Assembly: GCF_001194135.2 (NCBI RefSeq)
Contig: NC_068989.1
Span: forward strand, 22,116,431 to 22,151,176
Reading direction: 5' to 3'
DNA: 34,746 nucleotides
Source of the DNA: Octopus bimaculoides
Taxonomy: Eukaryota
Under the pieces are notes generated by a model, which had not been told where the DNA came from, made no database searches, and was given only the letters and a program-made list of their open reading frames with translations. Below are positions 22,901 to 30,000 of this stretch, one piece after another. Made by a program: the position numbers and the translations under genes. Each line of letters starts with the position of its first letter. The first letter of the stretch is position 1.

Positions 22901-23859
22901 AATGAAAGATAACCTGCTACTCTGCTACCAAACTTCGAAATTATTTACACATGATTTTATGTGAATGTGTATTTTTTTTTAATGCTAACACATCTTTATT
23001 TGTACTTAAATATATACATAAGGAGATAAATATAAGATGTTTCTTCGTGGTTGCTCGACCTACTAGAAATAGCAACCAGATCTTTCCTAAATCTAACGGT
23101 TTTAGAAAAGGATATTAGATTGCCTTAAATGCGTATCTGGAAAAGAAGATGGGATGGCTACGACTGGAATGCTTTTGATCATAGTTCATCAGAACTTTGC
23201 TCGATCAAGGCTGACCTAGAGCTTAGCATTAAATATAGAGCAAAACATTTAAATGTATCTTTATTTCTAAATATATCGTTCAATATTTGGCAATGTCCAA
23301 GGAGTGTCGAGCCTTCGACATACAATTTTTCTCTTAATTTTTACCTCATTTTTCTGTTCAAATATTTTTCCGTTATTTTAACTCTGGTTACACCTTAAAT
23401 GCATTAATCCGCTTATCTTAAACTATTTCTGAAAACAATACCATAAGTCGGCCGCCAAATGAAGTCTCGACGTAATAGCTTAAGCATGATCGAAATAACA
23501 GGTACAACAACTTCAAATTACATTTAAGTTTCAAACAGAAAACATTAGTATTATCCAAACTAGCTACACTATGCCTTAGTAAATAAGTCAGGACATAAAT
23601 GGCTGGAATGGAATATTTTTTAGACCGTATCATACATAAGGGCCCTGTCCATCAAATTACTGACACGAAACTAAACAACGATAACAAACAACAATATTAG
23701 TTTTTGTAACAAGAATAATAAATATCACACAACTCACTGCTTCGTAGCACGAGTCTGGCTAGCATGATCTCCTTTGGGTTGTAAAGCTGAGACGAGCTGT
23801 GAAACTGTTCGACCATTTTTCCGTGGTAAAACATTCTCTTTACTCAGTTCCCATTCCAT
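2029..23859 (-). CDS. BUB1: MadBub (BUB1/BUB1B family) spindle checkpoint gene, 5' part, 10 coding exons; continues beyond the left edge
   Basis: Join(-): 23738-23859, 18884-18943, 16408-16546, 15252-15448, 13216-13382, 11054-11238, 8529-8605, 6565-6606, 4399-4589, 2029-2146. All introns are GT-AG with matching phases, giving 1298 nt of open frame. Hallmarks: MEWELSKENV (KEN1), TPR block (DPLDIW, YKNDPRYVEIW, FYESWA), PGPW, GLEBS (MYCKEKVYAGVEEFSFEEIRA). The kinase region is not in the window, so BUB1 versus BUB1B naming is unresolved. Confidence 0.95.
3235..3557 (+). mobile_element. SINE family A copy
   Basis: Same head and body as 535-911. Confidence 0.75.
4028..4373 (+). mobile_element. 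SINE family A copy ending 25 nt from the exon 9 donor
   Basis: GGCATGGCTATATGGTTAAGAA head to GTGCCCCAGCATGGCCGC tail. Confidence 0.8.
4399..4589 (-). CDS. BUB1: MadBub exon 9: GLEBS / Bub3-binding motif (MYCKEKVYAGVEEFSFEEIRA)
   Basis: Acceptor ATTTCAG, donor GTGAGT, phase 2-1; clear GLEBS motif. Confidence 0.93.
5245..5613 (-). mobile_element. SINE family A copy
   Basis: Reverse complement of family A with an internal (TA)n. Confidence 0.8.
5930..6160 (+). mobile_element. Old degenerate RTE-like LINE RT C-terminal fragment
   Basis: Across a frameshift: SQFRYYGHMIKMLQKRISRGIL / RRSKRGPRTNW. Confidence 0.6.
6565..6606 (-). CDS. BUB1: MadBub exon 8: TPKHVPEIDSKALS
   Basis: 42 nt, acceptor CATTTAG, donor GTAAGT, phase 2-2; positionally matches the BubR1 TP..I...N.ILS segment (from memory). 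Confidence 0.85.
6640..7260 (-). mobile_element. RTE-clade LINE 3' end (RT C-terminus, 3' UTR, (GAT)n tail), interrupted by an N-gap
   Basis: ORF segment RRLRWYGHVVRMEEDSCVKKC...GRGRPRKTW is typical of RTE RT C-termini. Confidence 0.88.
8529..8605 (-). CDS. BUB1: MadBub exon 7: MTPKKSLSVIKTAPFVVQNDDTGCL (ABBA2-like position)
   Basis: Strong polypyrimidine acceptor TTTCAG. The donor GTACGT (phase 2) is required by the phase of exon 8. Confidence 0.78.
9010..9545 (-). mobile_element. RTE-LINE 3' UTR-derived repeat (same family as 6640-6870)
   Basis: Shared CATCATCAT..CCGCTTTCCATGC.AGCATGGGTTGGACG...GGATGCCCTTCCTAAC..CAACCAC block. Further copies at about 2480-2765, 3560-4020, 12187-12530, 13855-14035, 18530-18800, 20355-20500 and 28700-28945. 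Confidence 0.8.
9590..9830 (-). mobile_element. Possible ancient LINE RT fragment
   Basis: TDGLLLDELKFGVEIL loosely resembles the PGPDG..AELLK.G motif upstream of LINE RT domains; weak. Confidence 0.3.
10687..10968. mobile_element. hAT (Charlie-like) MITE
   Basis: TIRs CAGAGGTTTTCAAACT / AGTTTGAAAACCACTG; 8-bp TSD ATCTAAAA / GTCTAAAA (7/8). Confidence 0.85.
11054..11238 (-). CDS. BUB1: MadBub exon 6: ...KFEIHTDE (ABBA1)...VNRENCRNPGPWPQNK
   Basis: Acceptor TTAATAG, donor GTAATT, phase 1-0, ABBA-like FEIHTDE and PGPW motifs. Confidence 0.88.
13216..13382 (-). CDS. BUB1: MadBub exon 5: EFQSRTFIGMMK...EGRAAFMSLKTNGKKTSAIRPHGPQPAK
   Basis: Acceptor TTTCAG, donor GTAAAT, phase 2-1 fits both neighbours. 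Confidence 0.85.
14541..14586 (-). ncRNA. Minimal type I hammerhead ribozyme motif (Penelope-type) in a short repeat
   Basis: Minus strand GACAC-CTGATGA-A-GGCTG(gagggtatat)CAGCC-GAAA-TG-T-T-GTGTT. Stem I 5 bp with one G-U, stem II 5 bp, vestigial stem III. Confidence 0.7.
15252..15448 (-). CDS. BUB1: MadBub exon 4: ANLYDNPILLYEHMFGKGIG...FYESWASAYE...GVRMKAEPFNYLQRRH
   Basis: Not in the ORF track; translated by hand. Poly-T plus AAG acceptor, donor GTAAGT, 197 nt phase 0-2, TPR motifs GIG, FYESWA, AEP. Confidence 0.93.
15775..16188. mobile_element. piggyBac-like MITE, tandem dimer of about 200-bp units
   Basis: TTAA on both sides; ends CCCATTTAGCATT / AATGCTAAAGGG; internal junction AAAGGG at about 15986 followed by a second similar unit. 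Confidence 0.75.
16408..16546 (-). CDS. BUB1: MadBub exon 3: YITWMEETNPQGGKDLPSLLRSCLLTFSEVDRYKNDPRYVEIWVKF
   Basis: Acceptor TTTTAG, donor GTAAGT, YKNDPRY motif. Confidence 0.95.
16810..17158 (-). mobile_element. SINE family A copy
   Basis: TTTTACTTGTTTCAGT tail to GGGACTGAACC..GAACCATGTGG head. Other copies at about 13490-13650(+), 19675-19855(-), 20525-20660(-), 28205-28290(-), 30650-30810(-) and 31366-31440(-). Confidence 0.8.
17313..17877. mobile_element. 565-bp foldback MITE with long imperfect TIRs and a central CCCTAA/TTAGGG core
   Basis: GGGATCT..TTAAAACGGGGGCCACATTTTTCATTAA mirrored at the right end; inner TTCAACCAATCACTGAC mirrored; AATTTT direct repeat on both flanks. Confidence 0.8.
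18884..18943 (-). CDS. BUB1: MadBub exon 2: QFEEELRTYQGNDPLDIWFR
   Basis: Acceptor TTTACAG, donor GTTTGT, 60 nt phase 2-2, conserved TPR start motif. Confidence 0.93.
20074..20342 (-). mobile_element. Short non-autonomous Penelope-like/pLTR derivative with 48-bp terminal inverted repeats
   Basis: 20074-20121 versus the reverse complement of 20295-20342 are 46/48 identical; internal hammerhead core. Confidence 0.65.
20114..20210 (-). ncRNA. Type I hammerhead ribozyme motif inside an inverted-repeat-flanked 269-bp element
   Basis: Minus strand ATGCTTTCC-CTGATGA-GAAGGTTACAA...TTGTAATCCTTT-GAAA-C(ATGT)G-T-A-GGAA(TAAA)AGTAT. Predicted GUA cleavage between 20127 and 20126. Confidence 0.65.
21434..21957. 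mobile_element. Non-autonomous DNA transposon with about 80-bp TIRs, possibly Tc1-derived
   Basis: TTTAGTCAAGCTTCTAGAACCTT...TAATTA (21437-21517) is mirrored at 21874-21954. An internal HTVKCGG resembles Tc1 TVKHGG (weak). Confidence 0.65.
22613..22743. mobile_element. 131-bp MITE: 37-bp TIRs around a degenerate (CCCTAA)n core
   Basis: GATTCTGGTAATTCTTCAGATTAACACCCGCACGATT versus AATCGTTCGGGTGTTAATCTGAAAAATTACCGAGATTC. Confidence 0.75.
23738..23859 (-). CDS. BUB1: MadBub exon 1: MEWELSKENVLPRKNGRTVSQLVSALQPKGDHASQTRATK (KEN1 box)
   Basis: ATG at 23859, EWELSKEN motif typical of Mad3/BubR1, donor GTGAGT, ends in phase 2. Confidence 0.93.
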
Positions 23860-23896
23860 GTCGCCAAACCGACTTCCTCAAGATAACAGAATAAAT

Positions 23897-23977
23897 TTCA
23901 AATAACAAACTAATTTCATATTTGCTGCGGTGTCTTCTGATTGGCTGACCGAGTTAATTGTCGTAGAAGATGATTGG
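23897..23977 (-). promoter_or_regulatory. MadBub proximal promoter: CHR-like TTTGAA plus two CCAAT boxes 33 bp apart
   Basis: Minus-strand TTTGAA at 23897-23902, 38 nt upstream of the ATG. CAGCCAATC at about 23940-23944 and 23973-23977. This layout is typical of NF-Y/CHR G2/M promoters in vertebrates. Confidence 0.5.
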
Positions 23978-24167
23978 CTGTTGTTTATAATTACATTATC
24001 AGTTGGAAAGAAATCAGGAAAAACTAAATACCAAACATATAAAATAATTTTTTTAAGGTAAAATTTAATTTCGTATCAATAAAAGATAATTTTTGAGTCA
24101 TTTTAATTTTATTAAATAATAATAATGACAATATGTATAAATAATGAATTTTTCTGATTTGATGGGC

Positions 24168-24520
24168 AGCACTTTTCATTTATGTTTTATGTAGTGTTTT
24201 TGGTACCGAAACACTTTCAAACTTCGTATACTTGTATATTTTGTGTTATAGAACAGATAAAAATTTTTGTATTTGAAGTTATTTCATGTAAAAAATTGTC
24301 GTATGTCGGTAATTTCAACCAATCACTGACGTCTATTGAGGTGAAAACAATTACTGCCGTGGAATGTAAACAACATGTTCTACCGGTGTCATGGGATTTT
24401 TTCCCTTGGATAAAATTAGTGCCGTAGTTAGCAAACAATAACTATCCGTCGTACTGTTATTTATGACATCGTTCGTGCGTTTGTACTGGTTTTAGCTTTA
24501 GGGTTAGGGTTCGGGTTGTA
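24168..24520. mobile_element. Partial copy of the 17313-17877 foldback family ending in TTAGGG repeats at an N-gap
   Basis: 24168-24345 closely matches the reverse complement of the right arm at about 17690-17860; TTTAGGGTTAGGGTTCGGG at about 24497-24515. Confidence 0.7.
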
Positions 24521-24921
24521 NNNNNNNNNNNNNNNNNNNNNNNNNNNNNNNNNNNNNNNNNNNNNNNNNNNNNNNNNNNNNNNNNNNNNNNNNNNNNNNN
24601 NNNNNNNNNNNNNNNNNNNNNNNNNNNNNNNNNNNNNNNNNNNNNNNNNNNNNNNNNNNNNNNNNNNNNNNNNNNNNNNNNNNNNNNNNNNNNNNNNNNN
24701 NNNNNNNNNNNNNNNNNNNNNNNNNNNNNNNNNNNNNNNNNNNNNNNNNNNNNNNNNNNNNNNNNNNNNNNNNNNNNNNNNNNNNNNNNNNNNNNNNNNN
24801 NNNNNNNNNNNNNNNNNNNNNNNNNNNNNNNNNNNNNNNNNNNNNNNNNNNNNNNNNNNNNNNNNNNNNNNNNNNNNNNNNNNNNNNNNNNNNNNNNNNN
24901 NNNNNNNNNNNNNNNNNNNNN

Positions 24922-24958
<37 letters not shown>

Positions 24959-25256
24959 ATAAACAAGAGAAATGTGTGAGAAAAGAAAATGAGAGGCGGC
25001 GGTCTTTATTAGAAGTTTATATCACTTTTGAGACAAGTCTTTCAATATATAAATACAACGTTGTGAGGTGTTTATCAAATTTCAAATGAAGCGGTTTTGC
25101 TATTGCTTCGACAATTACCTGTTGTCATGAACAATGCGATATTGCGCAGCAGTTCAGCAGTCACTGAACTCATCTTACACCGCTTTACAAAATCATCATC
25201 GTCTACAGCAACGCTCAATCGTGCTTTTACAACCACGGTTACCGAGTTCGGTTACT

Positions 25257-25889
25257 ATGGACTTGATGAAATATCTGAGGGCGAACGGGAATATACACCG
25301 GAAAAAATTTGAATCGATATTCAAACGATATGACCATTCATTCTCTGATTGTGAAGTTGTCGATTTAAATGAGTTGTTTAAAGAGAGCGATGAAACACAT
25401 AAACCATCGTGCCGCACAACGAAAAACGAGAGAAAGTGCCGCAAACCTAGAAAGTTAGCGGTAATCTCTAACAAAAAATACCCGAGATATCAAACAAGGA
25501 GTGTAACCAAGAGAAAATGTTCAAAGTCTACAAAAGGCACCACTAACCGCCTTGCGAGAAAATCAAAAACAGCGAGAAAATCAAAAACAGCGCGAAAATC
25601 GAATGTAAAAGATTTTCTCCGGAGTCCTTTACCTAATGGTAATATGATGGGATCGATCGTGTCGCGAAACAAAAGTATGTTCTGTGAACCACCAACCTTT
25701 ATGGATCTAGATGTTTCGAATTCAGATGACAGCGATAATATTTCTGATGTTGATACAAACGATGAAGATTCTGACAAGAGTCAGTTCTGTACTCCCCCGA
25801 GTGTCATTGAAGTAAGTGGTTTCTGTACTCCACCGACGGTAATTAACGAAAAGCTGAACGGAAACTTTAACCAGAACAAGGAAAAGTAA
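25257..25889 (+). CDS. ORF (210 aa from ATG 25257; open from 25134) with an N-terminal Scm3/HJURP-like CENP-A-binding motif, a basic middle and an acidic/TP-rich tail; possibly the first exon of a spliced gene
   Basis: Long stop-free frame, CpG-rich, good Kozak context (actATGG). N-terminus MDLMKYLRANGNIHRKKFESIFKRYDHSFSDCEVVDLNEL fits the Scm3/HJURP pattern. Possible donors at 25811 (GAA|GTAAGT) and 25885 (AA|GTAAAG). The ORF is well supported; the identity is an inference. Confidence 0.7.
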   Translation: MDLMKYLRANGNIHRKKFESIFKRYDHSFSDCEVVDLNELFKESDETHKPSCRTTKNERKCRKPRKLAVISNKKYPRYQTRSVTKRKCSKSTKGTTNRLARKSKTARKSKTARKSNVKDFLRSPLPNGNMMGSIVSRNKSMFCEPPTFMDLDVSNSDDSDNISDVDTNDEDSDKSQFCTPPSVIEVSGFCTPPTVINEKLNGNFNQNKEK

Positions 25890-27544
25890 AGTATTTCATT
25901 TTATTTTATTTTCATTTTAAAATTCAAGCCGCTAACATCAAGACACGGGTATTTTTGCTTAAATGTTGTGATGAGAATTATGATGTACCGACGCTTTTCA
26001 CGGAACAGTTGCACTTATACAACCAAAACATTGTTGGGGGTATCGAAATCCCCCACCAACTCATTTTTTTTTTCCGGGTTCATGTTTTTAACAACGGGGA
26101 TTACGATTTGTAAATTTCTGTATAGAAATTTTCAAAAATATCCTATTTGGTGTGTCTAACCGAANNNNNNNNNNNNNNNNNNNNNNNNNNNNNNNNNNNN
26201 NNNNNNNNNNNNNNNNNNNNNNNNNNNNNNNNNNNNNNNNNNNNNNNNNNNNNNNNNNNNNNNNNNNNNNNNNNNNNNNNNNNNNNNNNNNNNNNNNNNN
26301 NNNNNNNNNNNNNNNNNNNNNTTACTACTTTACTGAAAAACAAGTATATATTTTCATTTATAAATTTTTCTTCCGAAAACTTTAAAATAGAAAAATAGTA
26401 GTGTTGTCTACTGAGGCCTCACGGTCTAGGGGACCATTTATGATCAATGATTGTTGTGGCTTGCTCTCAATATATAAATACAGTAGAGCCCAGTGCACCG
26501 GTAATCCTCCTTTTTAAAAATAAATCAATATATATCCATTTTACCGGAAGTTATGACGGAAAAATCGGATCTTGTGAATTTTCCGAAAGTCCCCTCCCCA
26601 CCTCCAGGGCCGTCAGCGTTTTCCACACACTTGTTTGTACCCCACCCCAGGCTGGTTTATTTTTATTTGTTCCCGGGTGAAGGTCTTTATATTGACCTAC
26701 TACTTCTCTATAGAGACGGCCCTGTCAATTATTTTAATTCAATAATATAACGATGGTGTCGAGAAATAAAAACAATAATTGGCTATCTTTCGTTTTGACT
26801 CGAATTTTGTCAACAAATTACTGGGTAATTTCTGTGAGTACGTGTTGTCTTAAACATTTACCTATTCGTTTCGGTCATTCAATTACAATTATTGTACATT
26901 AGTCGTTATCACTGATTTGATTTTAATTGACGTCGCTTTCGCCTTGTATTTATTACGTATCCTTCTATTATACATCTCAAGTGTTAGTGTGTCAGTATAT
27001 ATAAGCACACTTATAAAGCGTACATTTTCTTTTACGTTCAAATCTTGCTCGTTTCACACCTACTATATTTTAACTTTTAGGAAAATGGAGTTTTTTTCAA
27101 TGAAATTTTATAGAAATACTTTTCAAATGGGGTACTACTAAAGCAGCGCGGACCCGAACGCGCTAGCTAGTCGTGAGTGGTCGATCCGACGAAAAGTGCG
27201 CGCGAGTGCAAATGAATACATGTGTGCGCGTGCGCGCGCATGCAAATTAGTAAATAATTTTTTTTTTATTACTTTTTTCTTTTCTAAACAACGTAGATAG
27301 GTAGAAGGAATAAAAATAACACACTATCTGTTTTTGTTAACTTCATACATTTTTTTTCTTTTAATTAAATTTTGTGAACAAAATAATTTTTATTTTCTAA
27401 ACAACGTAAATAAATTTTAAAAACGGTGCACATTGGGATTAGACACCGAGGGAAACTTGATATGCTAGAAATAACAGCTAAACGCAAAAAGTTATAAGAA
27501 CCACAAGGGGTCTTTGATGCCCTGCTAACATCTTTAGTCATTGT

Positions 27545-27915
27545 TATGGACTCTTGTCTCTGTGGTTAGTGTTGGACTCACAATCATGAGTTAGTGAGTT
27601 CAATTACTGGACCGGGCTGTGTGTTGTGTTCTTGAGCAAGACACTTTATTTCATGTTACTCCAGTTCACCCAGCTGTAGAAATGAGTTGCAACATCACTG
27701 GTGCCATGTTGTACCAGCTTTTGCTTTTCCCTTGAATAACATCAGTGGAGCGAAGAGGGGAGGCTAGTATGTATGAATGACTGCTGGTCTTCCATAAACA
27801 ACCTTGCCCAGACTCATTCCTTGGAGGGTAACTTTCTAGGTGCAATCCAACGGTCATTCAAAACTGAAGGGGGTCTTTACCCTTATTATGGACTGTTTTA
27901 TTCTCTGCTTTCTCT
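27545..27915 (+). mobile_element. Third SINE-like repeat (tRNA-like head, GAGCAAGACACTT / CCAGTTCACCCAGCTG body)
   Basis: Degenerate A/B boxes followed by a SINE-type conserved body; family not identified. Confidence 0.55.
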
Positions 27916-28507
27916 GTTTATGCATTGTAATTTTGTTGTCAGTATCGTCATTTTAATGTCCATTTTCCCATGCTTGCATAGGACAGACAGATCTGTTGAG
28001 GCAGATTTTCTACTGCTGAATGTCCTTCCTGTCACTAACCCTCACCTCTTTCCAAGCAAGGTGATATTCCTCCATGTTTTAACAGAAAATTGGAAATCAA
28101 CAACAATACTGGTTAGACAATGAGGCTTGGTTTATTTGGACAATGAGGATGGTTTAATTTTACACGCAACTGTTGTGTGACCTATACACACATATACATG
28201 TGTTACCAGATCTGCTTACAAGGCCTTCAGTGGGACTGAATTTGAAACCATGTGGTTAGGAAGCAAACTTCTTTACCACACAGCCAAGCATGCACCTCTG
28301 TTTATAGATTGTAATTTTGTGGCCAAAATAAATTAATTTAAGGACCCTACTCAACATGTAAAACATTTTTATTTAACAAAATCGCTTTTTGTCATCTTTC
28401 ATATCTTGTTTGCGTATTTGTATATCAAATTCTTGAAACTAAGTTCTTTAATTTTTATTTTTTTTTACAATGATTTTTAACCAAATTTTTATCAGTTATT
28501 TTACTCT

Positions 28508-28625
28508 TAGGTTTACAATCCACCCAACGCTGTATTAGGTCTACAGTTCACCCAGCTTTGTTTTGGGGGTTTATAGTATACTCAGCTCTGTAGTCAGAAT
28601 TATTTACAGTCCACTCACTTATGCT
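28508..28625. repeat. Degenerate tandem repeat of about 28 bp (GGTTTACAGTCCACCCAGC...), about 4 copies
   Basis: Recurrent TTTACA(A/G)T.CAC.CA motif. Confidence 0.5.
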
Positions 28626-29077
28626 GAGCATTTTATTCTGAGTAGGTTACAGTGAGTACAGAATCAACAGAAGGCAGCATCCCCTGGCAAAGTGGATTGG
28701 CCTGCAAGAGTCCAGTGCCAGTTCCATTGAAAAAAAGCTCTTGTGCTGGTGCCATGTAAAAGCGCTTCTGCTAGTGGCACATTAAAAGTACCTAACACAC
28801 AGTGTAAAGTGGTTGACGTAAGGAAGGGCATCCAGTCATAGAAACCAAGCCAAATCAGACTAGAACCTGGTGCAGCTCTCTAACTTGCCAGCTCTGGTCA
28901 AACTGTCTAACTTATGTCAGCATGGAAGACAGATGTTAAAAGATGAGGATGGTTTATTTTTACACATACAGGAAACAACATATTTCTTTTAATACCCTAG
29001 TGATGCTTGTAATAATTAAACTAAACCTTTTTTTGTTAATCATGTAAATTCTATTCTTTTTTTCTTTCTATTTGTAG

Positions 29078-29131
29078 ACAATCAAATCTATGGCAAGAAC
29101 GCTTCAGCAGACATTATGTTCCAGTCAATAA
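29078..29131 (+). CDS. Candidate 54-nt internal exon on the plus strand (gene and frame uncertain)
   Basis: Long polypyrimidine tract plus TTTGTAG acceptor and GTAAGT donor. Phase 2 reads QSNLWQERFSRHYVPVN and is compatible with the donor at 25885. Confidence 0.45.
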   Translation, partial: TIKSMARTLQQTLCSSQ

Positions 29132-29593
29132 GTAAGTTTTTAACCCTTAAATGTATTGGTTTCAAATTTTGGCACTGCCAGCAGTTTTAAGTTGGTTACA
29201 TCAACTCTAGTATTCAACTGCTACTTACTTTATAGAGCCCGAAGGGATGAAAGGCTAAGTCTACCTTGGCAAAATTTGAACGTGAAGTTGGATGAAATGA
29301 CACTAAGTATTCTGCCAGTTCACTGCATTTAACCCTTAAATATGCTGTTTTTTTATAGTTTTACATAAACTGTCCTGCAGTTTATCAGCTTACTTGATCA
29401 AAAGGAAATAATAGTGTAGCAATCTATACATATAAAATGTAATCTTTGAACAGATGGATAAAATTAACATGTCTCTTTACATCTCTATATGTATTGGTCT
29501 TACTGTGAAATCAGGCCGAGGATGTTTTCAGCATCCATGAGACAAGGATTGAGCTGGATGGCTTTAACATCACTTTACAATTCTTTAAGATAC

Positions 29594-29624
<31 letters not shown>

Positions 29625-29636
<12 letters not shown>

Positions 29637-30000
29637 GTTTCAGTCATTTGACTGTGACCATGCTGGGGCACCAGCTTTAAGGGATTTAGTTGAAGAAATC
29701 AACCTCAGAACTTATTTTTTATTTTCACTTTTATTTTTTGAAGCCCGGTACTTATTGTATTGGCTTCTTTTACCAAACTGCTAAGTTACAGAGGTGTAAA
29801 CATACCAACATCAGTTGTCTCACAGTGGTGAAAAACAAACAAAGATACAAAGACACACATGCACACACACACAATGGGCTTCTTTCAGCTTCTGTCTATC
29901 AAATCCACTCACAAGGCTTTGGACAGCCTGAGGCTATAGCAGAAGACACTTGCCCCAGGTGTGATGCAATGGAACTGGACCCAGAACCATGTGATTGAGG
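29625..30000 (-). mobile_element. SINE family A copy
   Basis: Reverse-complement match to family A, preceded by a poly-T run. Confidence 0.8.

Noticed and set aside
23160-23200. CTGATGAA on the minus strand suggesting another hammerhead
   Set aside because: No stem II or GAAA follows it.
29089-29131. ATG GCA AGA ACG CTT CAG CAG ACA (MARTLQQT) resembling the histone H3/CENP-A start MARTKQT
   Set aside because: The frame stops after 13 codons and no histone fold follows in the window; probably coincidence.
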